From the human T2T-CHM13v2.0 reference genome, Homo sapiens, in the NCBI RefSeq assembly GCF_009914755.1, contig NC_060935.1: DNA of 64,000 bases. One strand, 5' to 3'. Of this stretch, positions 11,001-25,000 are shown piece by piece. The notes beneath the pieces are model-generated. The model worked only from the letters and a program-made list of their open reading frames with translations, did not search any database and was not told the DNA's origin. Made by a program: the position numbers and the translations under genes. Each line of letters starts with the position of its first letter. Within the stretch, counting starts at the first letter, position 1.

Positions 11001-11708
11001 TTTGGCCTCCCTACTTCTATTCAATCTGACAATCGTCTGGCTTTTACTAGTTAAATTACCCAAGCCATCTCTCAGGCTCTTGGTATTCAGTGGAATCTTC
11101 ATACGCCTTACTGTCCTCAATCTTCAGGAAAGGTAGAATGGACTAATGGTCTTTTAAAAACACACCTTACCAAGCTCAGCCTCCAACTTATAAAGGAGGA
11201 CTCTGTATATTTTTAAATGAAGAGTGTTGTTTTGACCTAAATCAGTCTTGCCTGGTATATGACAACATAGAATAACTCAAGGATAGAGCCCCAAAACTTA
11301 CCAACCAAGCAAATAACTATGCTGAATCCCCTTGGACACTCTCTAATTAGATGTCCTGGATCTTCCCAATTCTTAGTCTTTAATACCTGTTTTTCTTCTT
11401 CTCTTATTCTGACATTGTGTCTTCCATTGAGTTTCTCAGTTCATACAAAACCTCATCCAGGTCATCACCAATCATTCTATATGACAAATGCTCCTTCTAA
11501 CAACCTCACAATGTCACCCCTTACCGCATAATCTTTCTTCAGTTTAATCTCTCCCACTCTAGGTTCCCATGCCACCACTAATCCCACTCAAAGGAGCCCT
11601 GAGAAACATCACCCATTATCTCTCCATACCACCTCCAAATTTTTGTGCCCCCTGAACACTTCACTACTATTTTCTTTGGTTTTTCTTATTAATATAAGAA
11701 GACAGGAA
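8054..11708 (+). mobile_element. HERV-H internal region: leader with PBS and splice donor, gag deleted, disrupted pro-pol, short env TM remnant, PPT
   Basis: Leader ...caatttcaaatcagGTAAG; pro VTLTVEGK; RT YRLVQDL, WTVLPQ; RNase H WFIDGSS, IYTDS, HCKG; IN WQFDFT; PPT aagaagacaggaa. Confidence 0.9.
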
Positions 11709-12150
11709 TGTCAGGTATCTGAGTTCAAGCTAAGCCATCATATCCCCTGTGACCTGCATGTATATATCCAGATGGCCTGAAGCAACTGAAGAACCACAAA
11801 AGAAGTGAAAATAGTCAGTTCCTGCCTTAACTGATGACATTCCACCATTGTGATTTGTTCCTGCCCCACCCTAACTGATCAATTGACCTTGTGACATTCC
11901 TTCTCCTGGACAATGAATCTCATGAGCTCCCCACCGAGCATCTTGTGACTGTTGCCCCTGCTCACAAGAGAAAAGCCCCCATTAACTGCAATTTTCCATT
12001 ACCTACCGAAATCCTATAAAACTGCCCCATGCCCATCTCCCTTTATGGACTCCTTTTTTGGACTTAGTCCACCTGCACACAGGTGATTAAAAAGGTTTAT
12101 TGCTCACACAAAGCCTGTTTGGTGTTCTCTTCACATGGACGCATGTAACA
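11709..12150 (+). mobile_element. HERV-H 3' LTR (LTR7 family, long type)
   Basis: tgtcagg...aagctaagccatcatatcccctgtgacctgc...attaaa...gctcacacaaagcctgtttgg...taaca. Confidence 0.9.
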
Positions 12151-13236
12151 GCATGGAAGTGATTTCAGTAACAAACATTCTATTATAGTTAAAGCATTAC
12201 ATCAGCCTTGGAGACCAAGAGAACATGTTGGAAGTAGATATTGACCATTTTACAATATACCCCAGGGAATGTATTTTTTCCTTTCCTGCTTCATGAGCCA
12301 GAGGTCAGGGTTGGGTTCAAAGAAATGTGTAAGCAAGGCTGATCTAAAGAACACATCATGGTCATGACCTCATCATAGCTCCTGGCACAAAGACATTACA
12401 CCCTAGAGAAACATGACATGTGGAATCAATCTCTATACCTTATCTGAATAAATTATATTAGATTTTAAATTATGAAATAGGATGAAGATATCTTTAACTT
12501 TGAGGCAAATTATCTGCAAACAGTGTGCCAGTAGAAGGCATCAGGTCCATTTAAAACTCATGGATCTGGAGGTGAATCTATGTATTGAACTAACAAATCT
12601 GAAGGAGAACACACATCATTATCATTCTTTCAACAGCAGATCTTACTTTACTTGGGCAGGCTTTTGAGACTAGGCTATACTCTAGAAAAAAAAGAACTAG
12701 GGCATCATCTAATATTCTAAGGTTTTTAAAAAATTATTATTATGCCTCTGCTAGCCTGTGCAAGTCTTAATTTTAACATTTTAATTAATGTATTTATTTC
12801 CCCCACTATAAACAGATGTGAGTCATCTTTAATTGATTCCATTATGTAGGGGTAGAAAAAATATTCTTATAAATATGGTTTCATTAATAGAAAAAACATA
12901 ATCTTATGGCTCAGATCTAACTTTCTAGATCACATATTGTAATACTATTTAATAAGTAAAGCAATATTTACACCTCAAATGAACTATTTCTCTCAAAAGA
13001 CAGTCTATTTAGTGTTCAAGAAATTTTAGTCCAAATATATGACGCAGATCAAGTGACTAAGCATTGACATTTTGAAATTGACATTGAAAAAGAAGTCCAT
13101 GTAGTTTGGATTGCAAATTGATTCATGTACATAACTAAAACAATAACAACAAAATGCAGCATTCTTCAAATTAATTTTTTAAGTCATAGTGTAGAGATTT
13201 TTGGGTCTGTTCACAAATATTCCACATAGTGGAAAA

Positions 13237-13364
13237 AAGAAGATCTCATTATATGTCAAAAAAACACAAATATTCCACTATATGGAAAACTGTTTCTTAA
13301 TGCAGCTATATGGAAAAGTATATGGAATATTTGTGGGTTTTTTGGCATATAATGAGATCTTCTT
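13237..13364. repeat. 41/42-bp inverted repeat with a 45-bp spacer
   Basis: 13237-13277 aagaagatctcattatatgtcaaaaaaacacaaatattcca is the reverse complement of 13323-13364 apart from 2 mismatches and 1 indel. Confidence 0.9.
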
Positions 13365-13479
13365 CTTTTGGTATATAAAGAGATCATATTTCCTGTATCT
13401 CTTATGGAGATGTCATAATCTTATCCTGTAAAGCTAAATGTTGGTACATCCTGAAATGCATTCCTGCCAACTGTATTCC

Positions 13480-13930
13480 TAGGGACATATTGAAAAATGT
13501 TCATAGTTGCACTGTTCATAGTAGTCAAATATTCACTGATAGGATAATGAATAAGCGCATTTTTAAATGATAACAGTGGAATGTGGTATAGAATGAAAAC
13601 AATTCAACAACAACATTCAACAATGGAAAAAAACTTAGTAAAATTAAGGTTGAAGGAAAAAATTTTAAAAACTACTTAAGTTTTTTCATATAATATGATA
13701 AATTGTGTACAAGTCTAAACCAAGGAAAAATAAAAAATAGATACCTGAGAAAGATAACTTACTTTTAAGGAGTAAGATAATTATACATTAAAAGATCAGG
13801 ACATTGGTTACTTTTAGAGTGAGGCAGGGGGCAGGATAGGAAAGGAGTTAAAATAGATTTGGTCATTGGTAATGTTTAAATTTGGAGGATAGATAGTAAG
13901 TTTACAAGTATTTTTTGTACAATTTAAATA
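13480..13930 (+). mobile_element. Old L1ME-type 3' region
   Basis: aatgttcatagttgcactgttcatagtag...aaagatcaggacattggttactttt. Confidence 0.55.
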
Positions 13931-14731
13931 AAGGTAGAAAAATCAATAATATAAAGTTGATAAAGGAGTCTGGAAATACATGAACTCTAGTTGACATCTT
14001 ATTAGTAGAACTGCTTGTTTGTTGTTCTTTTCTTCTGCTTGTTTGTTGTTTTTGCTTTCTTTGGTGTTGACTCCATTTTTGATCAGGGTTTCTTTACTCA
14101 TGGTAAGATTACAGGCAGGAGTTGTGGGTCTGCTCCTGCAGAAACTCCTTTAGGAAAAAAGAACCAGCATTACACAATATAACCATGTAACAAACTTGCA
14201 CACATACCCCCGAATACAAAGTTTTTATAAAGGAACAACTTTTCCTAAGAGTTCCAACAAAAGTACTAAGTCTGCATTTCATCTGCTGCTGGATACCTGA
14301 CCTTATTATTACAGCTTTGGAGATATGTTTTCTGATGATCAAACAGGAGTTGTATTTCCATCCTTGAGAGATATTATTACCCAAACCTTATATGCTGAAT
14401 ACAGGCAGGTTGTGATTCTTCAGAGGAATATCAGGGTTGAGTTATCCAAGAAGAAGGATGAATTCCTGTCGGGCATGCACAATCAGGGCCCACTGAGGCA
14501 GTTTTTAAAACTCACCTTCAGCCATCATTATGTAACAGGTCAGATGTATCTGCAAAACTGTTTAGATATTATGCAGCAAAATATCAAATGTCCTGCAAAG
14601 GGTTGAATGCATCCTCCTTATTGATACTGCATTCCACACCACATCAAGAAATATAACACATTTCTATTATGCAGGACAACCTAACATATTTCATGTCTCA
14701 TGATCTCTCCCAGTGCTGGAAATTGTGCTAG

Positions 14732-15075
14732 TGTTGTAGGACTTTCTCCTTAGTTCAGCTAAAAACGGGGTCCTTGTCACGTTGCCAGGAGAGATTAGGC
14801 TTTTAGACACTTTGAAGGGTGAGAAAAATGGAATTTATTGGCCTTAAGGGAAGAAAAGGGAAACAGGGACTCTCAGCAGAGCGAGATTCTCGCTAGTATA
14901 GGCTTCCCACCTCACTGATTGAATCCCAGGTACCACCCAGGAAGAGGAGGGGCCAGCCTGCTCCTCTTCCCTGCAAAGGGGTAAAATTCTGGAGGCTCTA
15001 CCCCAGTGCACATTCCTCCCGGTAAGCAGGTTTGTAGGAGGTTCTTCAGGGACCACTTTCTACTTGGCCGTCTCA
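14732..15075 (-). mobile_element. MER61-type solo LTR with 4-bp TSD CTAG
   Basis: Minus strand TGAGAC...ttttagctgaactaaggagaaagtcctacaaCA; ctag at 14728-14731 and 15076-15079. Confidence 0.85.
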
Positions 15076-15269
15076 CTAGTAATAATCTATGCAAGGGATT
15101 ATTCCAAAATCAAACTTCATTTCTATTTGCTGCCTTCTAAATTAGTGGCCTTAGTGTAGTTCAAAAAGAAACAGAAGAGATTATTTTGTTTAACACCATA
15201 GAGGTGGTTTTTCAGAAAAGAAAATTATATATTGTGACTCAAATTCTTTTTCAATTTCTTTCATTTGTT

Positions 15270-15420
15270 TTATTCATTCATTCACTTACTAAACTCTTCA
15301 TTATTAATTGTATACTAGAAATTATGATTTATAAATGCCTACTGTGGTGGCTATGGTGGAGAACAAGATAGTCATGATGCCTACCTTCAATAAGTGCTTA
15401 TAATTTATAGAACATGCTAA
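15270..15420 (-). mobile_element. L2 3' fragment
   Basis: ttcattcattcac...gaacaagatagtcatgatgcctaccttc. Confidence 0.5.
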
Positions 15421-15499
15421 GAGTTTGAGGAAGAAATAAAGTTTCTTTCTTGGTTTCTAGCCTTATGTAAACTTTTTCTTTATATATATATTATATATA

Positions 15500-16498
<999 letters not shown>

Positions 16499-17429
16499 AA
16501 TATAGAAGTCTAGTATCTCAAATATAGAAGTCTAGTATAACTAATTTAGGGAGGGTTGAGTGGTTTAAGAGATTACTTAAGGAATACAATGCTTCTCACC
16601 TTGGCCTCTGTAATACCACATAGAAGCATAGAAGGAGCCTCTTAACCCTGGATTCCACTCCCTTCTGTCCTCCACCATTTCCTGGTTGCTTTTATGTTAG
16701 CTCTTCTCTGTTACCTCCAACATCAATACATTGTTTGTTTACTATTGTTTTAACCAGTGTATCTAGCCATCCTAAAATGGGCTAATCTTGTTTGAAGAGT
16801 TGTGGAGAGTGCAGTAGTTATTAGAACATGTGCTGTATTACTGGTAATACTTTGTCTCCAGACTATTGTAACCCACTTTTGTGTCTGATTCCTTTGAGAA
16901 TTTGTTGAAAGGTGTTAACACTACTCTGCAAAGAAAATGGATGTAGAATCATACACATAGACATGCACAAAAGTGTGCTTCAGTATCAGAAGGCTATGAA
17001 AAACATCGAGGCTCTCCTTGCAACTCTAAAGATTCAAGGATTCATATAAAGAAAATAACCCAACAAATTCTTCAGATGATCATTTTTATGGGAGTCAGAG
17101 TCCCAGATTCTTTCTCGGCCATGTGGTGCTGTGCAGAGTACATCTTCTACTCCAGGTCATGGATCTAATTCATGGAGTTATCTGAAATTGATCTCAGCGG
17201 GTTCTTTTGTTTGTTTTTTTGCTTTTTAATTGAGAAACATATTTGTCAGTGTGCTATTCATAATACATAGAAATCTCCAATAAGTAATAAGTGGATGTGT
17301 CTTTCCATCACAATAGTACTGAAATAATTAGATATTATTATTACATTTTTAGTTCAACAAAGAACGTTCAGTTACAAAACACTAAGCACTATTAGCAATA
17401 TCAAGACAATAGCACAGAAAGCAAAAAAA

Positions 17430-17740
17430 AAAAGGCACTAAACACCTATATTGTATTAGACATTGGGTTTTGTACAGTGGAGAATAATATGCAGAGAACA
17501 CATAGCTTTCCTGTATTCTTATTCTAGGATAGAAGCTAAGCATACACAAATAATTGAGTTTAAGCAATTATATATAGCAGTATAAGAAAAGAATAAGGGA
17601 GTCTTTTAAAAAGCAGCAGAGAGAATTTCCTTTATCACAAGGCAATTTTTGAAGGCTGCTTAGATGAAGTTTCTTCACAGTTGTGTTTTGAAATTTTGTA
17701 ACAGTTGAAGTAGATAGAAGTGGAAAGGAATTCCAGGGAA
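17430..17740 (-). mobile_element. L2 fragment
   Basis: cactaaacacctatattgtattagacattg...tttttgaaggctgcttagatgaagt. Confidence 0.45.
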
Positions 17741-18167
17741 GAAGACAGATACCGATTATTGATTAAACTGTTAACTAAATATTTGATGAGGACCTATAAT
17801 TATTACCAAATTAATTACATTACATATCTGTAATCCTTAATTTACCTAAAAAACTTTATGTCCCAATATATAAAGTAAATAATACAGACTACCTAGAAAT
17901 GAATAGTCTACTAGGATTACTGATATACAGACCACAGACCAAAGGTTATACCCTCAAAGGAGTGCTCAAAGTCATAAAGTATTAGAGGTGAAAACTACTT
18001 CTACATTATCAGGCCTCCAAAGCCTACCACATTTTCAAGTACAAATACTTTGTAATGGATCACCCTTTTAAATGAATAAAGGAAAAAATGAGCTTATTGT
18101 AATAATTAAAATACCAACTCAGTTCCCTTATAGTTTAAGATACATTTCAAAGATTACAGAGTCCAAA

Positions 18168-18298
18168 TATATATATACATATATATAAAATATATATTAC
18201 TGAGTCCAAAGAGTCAAAAGATATATATATAAAGTATATATATGTATATAAAGTGTATATATATAAAATATATATGTATATAAGATATACATATATAC
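18168..18298. repeat. (TA)n-rich compound microsatellite
   Basis: Read directly from the sequence. Confidence 0.85.
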
Positions 18299-18540
18299 TT
18301 TTTTATTCTTAGCACACCAAAGTGAACAACTTCATCAGACACTTTCCTGGGAGTATTTTTTTTTTTATTTGGAGGAAGATAAGGGATATTTCAAATCTGG
18401 TGAGGAGAAGAAGGAGAGGAATCTGGAGAGAGGAAGAAGTATATATAAAGGGAATTTTGTGTCTGTTTTGTCTATTTTATTCTGTTTTGGCCAACTTGTA
18501 ACTTTCACCAATGTTTTGAAGGTATTGATTGAATTGTGGA

Positions 18541-19047
18541 TGTAAAAACTAAAAGTAGAAGTTCCTCTTCAAAGACTTTACTCCCCATCTAATTAGGAAT
18601 AAATAGTAACTTCTCTTCGAAGCAAATTTTGTTTAAAGACCTGCACTCCTAAATATTTGCCCTGGCATGCTTATACTGATCCAAGCAAGCATTAGGTCAT
18701 AGCCTGTTCCTCTTTCTTATTTAAAAGTGTTTTTACCTTTGTCAGCATTCCACAAGTTACTTCCTGCTTCCTTTTTCTCCTCTGCCTTTGCCTCTTTTAA
18801 AAACTTCTGAGTTGCTAGCCAATATGGACAAATACAGAATGAGGTCCTGTTCCAGCCAATGGAAAACGGACACAGCAGTTGTCAGGTTATAAATGACCCT
18901 GTCTCCTTTGTTCGGTGTACTCTCGTGGCAAAACTGCTGGCGAGTGTACCCTTTCTGGAGGAAGTAAAAAATGACCTTTCTAAATAAATTCAATTTGTGT
19001 TCAAGAGCTATTTCTTTTATAACACCAGGGAACAAGCATTTCAAACA
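18541..19047 (+). mobile_element. LTR10-family (HERV-I group) solo LTR with 5-bp TSD GTGGA
   Basis: TG...CA termini, two CCAAT boxes, TATAAA, gtgga on both sides (18536-18540 and 19048-19052); subfamily uncertain. Confidence 0.75.
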
Positions 19048-20315
19048 GTGGAGAAACACAATGGGCTTCCAGACTATATTTAAATAAATTACACTTTGGT
19101 TTATATTTCTACTTGCATATTATGTACTGTCTAGTGTCATCTTGACAACAAAAATGTAGAGAATTTATTTTTCTTGAAAGAGAAGCCTTGTGATAATATT
19201 AGTTTCCATATATTCTTAAAAACTGATCTTCACTGGGAAAAGTGACATTTCAAAGTTGAAGCACTGACTTTTCCATGATAGAAAATAAATTGAATGAAGA
19301 AGGTATTTAGTATCTACTCTCTCTTCTCTAAAACCACATCACCTTCTTTCCTCCAAATCTCTGCTCTGTTCCAGGAATGTGCAGTTTTTGAATATCAGGA
19401 TAATGAAAACTCTTCTGGGGATTACAAACATGATCTGGTTCAATGATAACACTTCAAACCACCCCACTTATAAAATGCTTTCTTGTTTTCATGATTCTAA
19501 TATTTAGTTTGAATTGTGAAAACAAACAGTTGAGTAGTAATACTGTACCCCACCCTCATCTTATTTAAATGTAACCTCAGAAACTCTGTGTGTTCTAGGG
19601 ATGCTTTCAATAAATTAAAGGAAGAAAATTAGAAAGGGGGATATTAAAGAGATAACTAATTTTCAAAGAACATTCATTCCTGTTTATTAGTATATGTCAG
19701 GACAAAATGTTATAAGGACACATCAAGGTAGCAACAGATTATTTAGAGGCTATAAGTGTTTTCGTTTACTTTTTATAATCTGGAATATCTGGGAGAAATT
19801 TTGCAGAGAAGTGGAGCATACAAGGTATTAATAAATAACATCTATATAAATATATATAATGAATATGGAATGTATAAACTATGTATTAATAAGATATTAT
19901 CTACAGGGTGGTGGTGGCATAGGACTTCATATTGTAAAACTCAAAGAGCAGCTAAATATATCTTAAATGTTGAGTGATACACAACATAAAAAATGGCCCT
20001 CAGTATTTATTGAAAATTATAAAATGAAATTTAATATTAAAATGGATCATTACCTCTTACATTTGCCTTCCTTGAATTGGAAAAATTAATCAGAATGATG
20101 CCAAAGCTAACCAAGGCTTGTACTTGAAGAATGCTATAGCAAGGTATCATGTTCATAAGCATATTTGAGAATCATAATAACCCTATGAAGTGGTCATTAA
20201 AATTTGGAAGAAAGTGTTGAAGTGGCTTATTAAGAAACCGCCACCAGAATGTATCCAATAAGAAATATTTAATTTTGCATAAAATATTCCATAACATCAC
20301 ATAGCACAGCATAAA

Positions 20316-20337
20316 TTAATTCCTTTTTTTTTTGCAG
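20316..20337 (+). promoter_or_regulatory. Putative splice acceptor of the OR4C16 coding exon
   Basis: ttaattccttttttttttgcAG, 44 nt before the ATG. Confidence 0.7.
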
Positions 20338-20381
20338 GTAGACCATTTCACACTTGCCCCTTCACCTCACTCACGAAAACC

Positions 20382-21314
20382 ATGCAACTGAATAATAATG
20401 TGACTGAGTTCATTCTGCTTGGATTGACACAGGATCCTTTTTGGAAGAAAATAGTGTTTGTTATTTTTTTGCGTCTCTACTTGGGAACACTGTTGGGTAA
20501 TTTGCTAATCATTATTAGTGTCAAGACCAGCCAGGCACTTAAGAACCCAATGTTCTTCTTCCTTTTCTACTTATCCTTATCTGATACTTGCCTCTCTACT
20601 TCCATAGCCCCTAGAATGATTGTGGATGCCCTTTTGAAGAAGACAACTATCTCCTTCAGCGAGTGCATGATCCAAGTCTTTTCATCCCATGTCTTTGGCT
20701 GCCTGGAGATCTTCATCCTCATCCTCACGGCTGTTGACCGCTATGTGGACATCTGTAAGCCCCTGCACTACATGACCATCATAAGCCAGTGGGTCTGTGG
20801 TGTTTTGATGGCTGTGGCCTGGGTGGGATCCTGTGTGCATTCTTTAGTTCAGATTTTTCTTGCCCTGAGTTTGCCATTCTGTGGCCCCAATGTGATCAAT
20901 CACTGTTTCTGTGACTTGCAGCCCTTGTTGAAACAAGCCTGTTCAGAAACCTATGTGGTTAACCTACTCCTGGTTTCCAATAGTGGGGCCATTTGTGCAG
21001 TGAGTTATGTCATGCTAATATTCTCCTATGTCATCTTCTTGCATTCTCTGAGAAACCACAGTGCTGAAGTGATAAAGAAAGCACTTTCCACATGTGTCTC
21101 CCACATCATTGTGGTCATCTTGTTCTTTGGACCTTGCATATTTATGTACACATGCCTTGCAACCGTATTCCCCATGGATAAGATGATAGCTGTATTTTAT
21201 ACAGTTGGAACATCTTTTCTCAACCCTGTGATTTACACGCTGAAGAATACAGAAGTGAAAAGTGCCATGAGGAAGCTTTGGAGCAAGAAATTGATCACAG
21301 ATGACAAAAGATAA
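20382..21314 (+). CDS. OR4C16: Olfactory receptor 4C16, 310 aa, open-frame allele
   Basis: OR motifs NVT, GN, PMFFFL, AVDRYVDICKPLHY, KALSTCVSH, LNPVIYTLKN; translation recognised as OR4C16. Confidence 0.93.
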   Translation: MQLNNNVTEFILLGLTQDPFWKKIVFVIFLRLYLGTLLGNLLIIISVKTSQALKNPMFFFLFYLSLSDTCLSTSIAPRMIVDALLKKTTISFSECMIQVFSSHVFGCLEIFILILTAVDRYVDICKPLHYMTIISQWVCGVLMAVAWVGSCVHSLVQIFLALSLPFCGPNVINHCFCDLQPLLKQACSETYVVNLLLVSNSGAICAVSYVMLIFSYVIFLHSLRNHSAEVIKKALSTCVSHIIVVILFFGPCIFMYTCLATVFPMDKMIAVFYTVGTSFLNPVIYTLKNTEVKSAMRKLWSKKLITDDKR

Positions 21315-22069
21315 ATGAAGGTTTCAAATCCTTCTTTATAGTTTGGAGTGACCTAGAAGAAATCAATGAGAATATTATATTTTTATTGTTGATTTAATGT
21401 AATCCTGCCTTGGTACATGAGGATTAGTTCCTTTGGGAAAAGAGACAGTGTAAACAAATAACAATGGTTAATGTTGAGTCAGTTTTATGTGGCAGAAAAG
21501 ACAGCATGCAATACAAACTAGTATGTAAAGCTCATTGCCTTCAGTGCTATTCACTCCTGTGTCTCTGGTCCTCCTGCCTGCTTAGTGTCACTTATGGTTT
21601 AGGTCTGTAGTTTGCCTGTTCTTCTCCATGTTGACTTCTGGAATTCCCTGCTAATATTTACCCATCTAAATATAAACAGTCCAATAGGATTTTTCCCCTT
21701 CTTAATGGTTTTCTTTATTAGACACATTGGATTCTTCATACCTCATGATCAACTTAGTTGTTCTTCCTGACTCAACAGGAAGTACCATATTTCAGTAATT
21801 GTAGGAGCTTCATGTTGCAAGAGACAATATATATGACCTAGGAAATCTCCCTTCCAATTTTTTGAGCTGTATGCTGAAATCTTTCTATAAGTTTACCTAG
21901 ATACTTCTAAAACCATGACAGAACAAAGAAAGAAAATTTACCCTTCTGAAAGAGTTCTTGATCTTAGGAAGACTCTCACAGTTTGTGTTGTAGTCATGTA
22001 ATTATTCTTTTTGTAAAATGACTTTATGGTCCTAATTGATCCCTTCTAATTTTGGGGACTGGTTTGCTT

Positions 22070-25000
22070 TACTACATTTGGCCTGATTATTTGTATATAG
22101 TGCAGGAAGAATAATTATTCTTTTACAAATGCTTTTAAATTGGCTTTGATGGAACTTAGTTCCATAGAAGAAATTTCAGGTGAGACTTTTTAAAAACTGA
22201 GGCCAGCCAAGGATTTGTGCCATCAAACATCTATGAGTTGGGTGATCCTCTACTCTTGAGGTTCCAAGATAAACTTGGGGCTTGTCAACATGTCAGAAAG
22301 TGACATTCTTACCACATGTTAAGAACCCTGTACAGAAACTGTGTGGACAAAGTTGATATAAGGCCAGTTTCCCAAGCGGATTTATTGGCTCCTTAAGTCA
22401 AGTTTGATTCCTTAAAGAAACAGGCACCATTCCAGTTAAAACCTTGGTAAAATAACCAGTTACTCCAATCGTGTCATGTTATAAATGAAAACAGATGCTT
22501 ATTACACTTATGTAAATAACTGTACTGCCATAAATTAAGACTACACACAAATAGTTTCCAAATTCTGGAGAAATTAGTTAGAGAGGAACAAATATGCTCC
22601 AAATTTTTTCATAGGAGTATACTAAATTGTTAAAAGCTGTTACTAGCTCCAAAGAAAATTTTTAAGACCTCAAAGACAAAACACAGGATTAGCAAACACT
22701 TTAGGCAAAAAGTCTAATAGATTGGTTCAGTCGATGTAGTTAATTCCTGTTCTGCTTGATAGTCATGAATATTTTAGCACTCCATGATCCCTGAAAGTTT
22801 TTCCTCTATTCTGATGTCACAATTTCCAAAGTTGTTAGAAAACTCCATTCACTAGCACCTGTTAGAGTTTTATAGTTGATTATAAAACAACCTTTTAAAG
22901 AGGACCAAAACAAGACAACAAGTGTCCATGAACGAAAAAAAGTTTTAAGGCAGCCATTAGTCAAACATACAATTGACAAGAAAATTTGTTACTTCTAAGG
23001 CACATGGTAATTTTAACATAATAGTTATGATTATTACAGATAATATACACTAAGTCATATCAGAATTACAGGACTTTGCCATAATTTTAAAACACATGCC
23101 TATAACATATTGATATAAATACAGCCCAAAGAAAAGCAAACACCATTTCATATTTGAAAATGCTTCCATATAATTTTTATACCAAATAAGCCAAATATAT
23201 CATTTTTGGACTTTAGGGAAACTAATATCTTAAAAAATTAGTCAGATCAAAAAAAGATATAATTTATAATTTTATTTTGGAACATTCATCAAATATAAAA
23301 GTTTAAAACACTTCATATCTCAAAATAGGATTACAGGTCATTGTAAATTCATTCATGTAACCAAAGTGATAACTCAATAATTTCCAAAAAAAGCAAAAAC
23401 CTACATTGTATGAGAGAGGAGACTTAATTTTCCTAACAAGAATCCCTAATAAAAACAACATGAAGCCAATTAAATGTTTTTCAAAATTTTGTAAACAATC
23501 TATAAAATTTAATCTTGATTATAAAATATAACTCCCATAAGTTTTTAATAACCTTTATCACCTTTATTAAAAAGTTGGCTAATCCTTGAAGAAAACCTTG
23601 TTAATCTGACACAGAGATCCATATGCTGTTCTTGCATGAGTGTGCCTTTGACGTTAATGACTGATTTATAGAGAACCTCAACCTATTTGGTCTCTGAAAA
23701 TCAGCCCTTAAAATCTCACATGCCCACCTCTTCCATGAAAGTCCCCGGGCCTTGAGGAGTTGAATGAGTTTAATTTTTGGCCCTGTGTCTTAGCAATGCA
23801 GTTTATTTTGATTTGTATCTTCTATGAGGTCTGAAGGTGAGGCTTTAATTTTTGTCGCTGTTTAAGATTTAGCATGTCTTGGTGTTCTTTTTAGACTCAG
23901 GAGTCAAATCCCTGTAACTCAATGTAAAAAGGACTTTAGAAACTTATACAGGAAGATACATGGATGTAATAACCTTAATTTAAAAAAAATTTCAGGTTTG
24001 TTTATAAGCAAACCAAAACTTAATCATTATATGACTACTTGATCTGCTAATTTTTTAAAAATAAATCCTCTTATTGTGATTTACACTGACTGTTCATGAC
24101 ATACTTGGTATTTCTGGTTTGTCCCGAACATCCCTTCTTCTTAAACAACCAGTCATTTTATTTTAGGACTAAATTTAGCATATAAGATTTTTGTCATATA
24201 AAATTATTTCTGTAAGTTTTCTTAACACACAGACACACACAAATCACAAAATATCTCCTTATTTTTATAACTTTCTTTACATCTTTCTTTCTTCGTGGTT
24301 CCTTTATGTTGGAGTGATAAGACCCACCACCATGTCATGGGGACTACCAAGTCTGGCGGAGTCAAAGAAATGAGACAAGACAAGTTAAGAGTACATAGAG
24401 TGGGTCCAGGGGGCCAACGTCAGTTTGGGGGCTGTGAAGGCCCCAAGCTCTGGGAGCTCACAATATTTATTGGTAATCAAACAAAGAAGCATGTGGTGAG
24501 CACGTTCAGATGTGGGGGTAGACAAGTGAGGATGTGAGGATAGAAAGGTAGTGGTGCATCAAGCGTAGCTGTGACGGTTTAGCATATTTTCTGCTACTTG
24601 AAATAAGGGAGAACAGGTTCTTCTAATTCAAGATACAATCAATCTATGATCTTGGGAGAGCAAGGAGCAAGGGTCCAGTGAGTTTGGACACATTCCAGAG
24701 GCTACAAGAGGTTTTATGCCCTGTGCCCTGGGCTCTCTCCAAGCCACAAGGTGTTTTATGCCCTGGGTTTAGATTGTAGTGTGGAAGGGCAGCCTTCCAA
24801 CTTTTGGCACAGAGCTTGGTGTTCCATAGGCCACAAGAGGTTTTAGACCCTGGACCCAGGACATGTTCCTAGACACTTTTACATTATGTCAGACAAGCAA
24901 GCCCTGCCTGTTTTATACATAACCTTGAAATAAGCTTTGAATTAGACAAAATTGGTTCTTCTTTTTTTTAAAAAGGACACACTTTTTTTTTGCAAGAATG

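Noticed and set aside
18660-18695. p53 response element in the LTR10-type LTR
   Set aside because: Only imperfect half-sites (TGGCATGCTT, AAGCAAGCAT) separated by a long spacer; too weak to claim.
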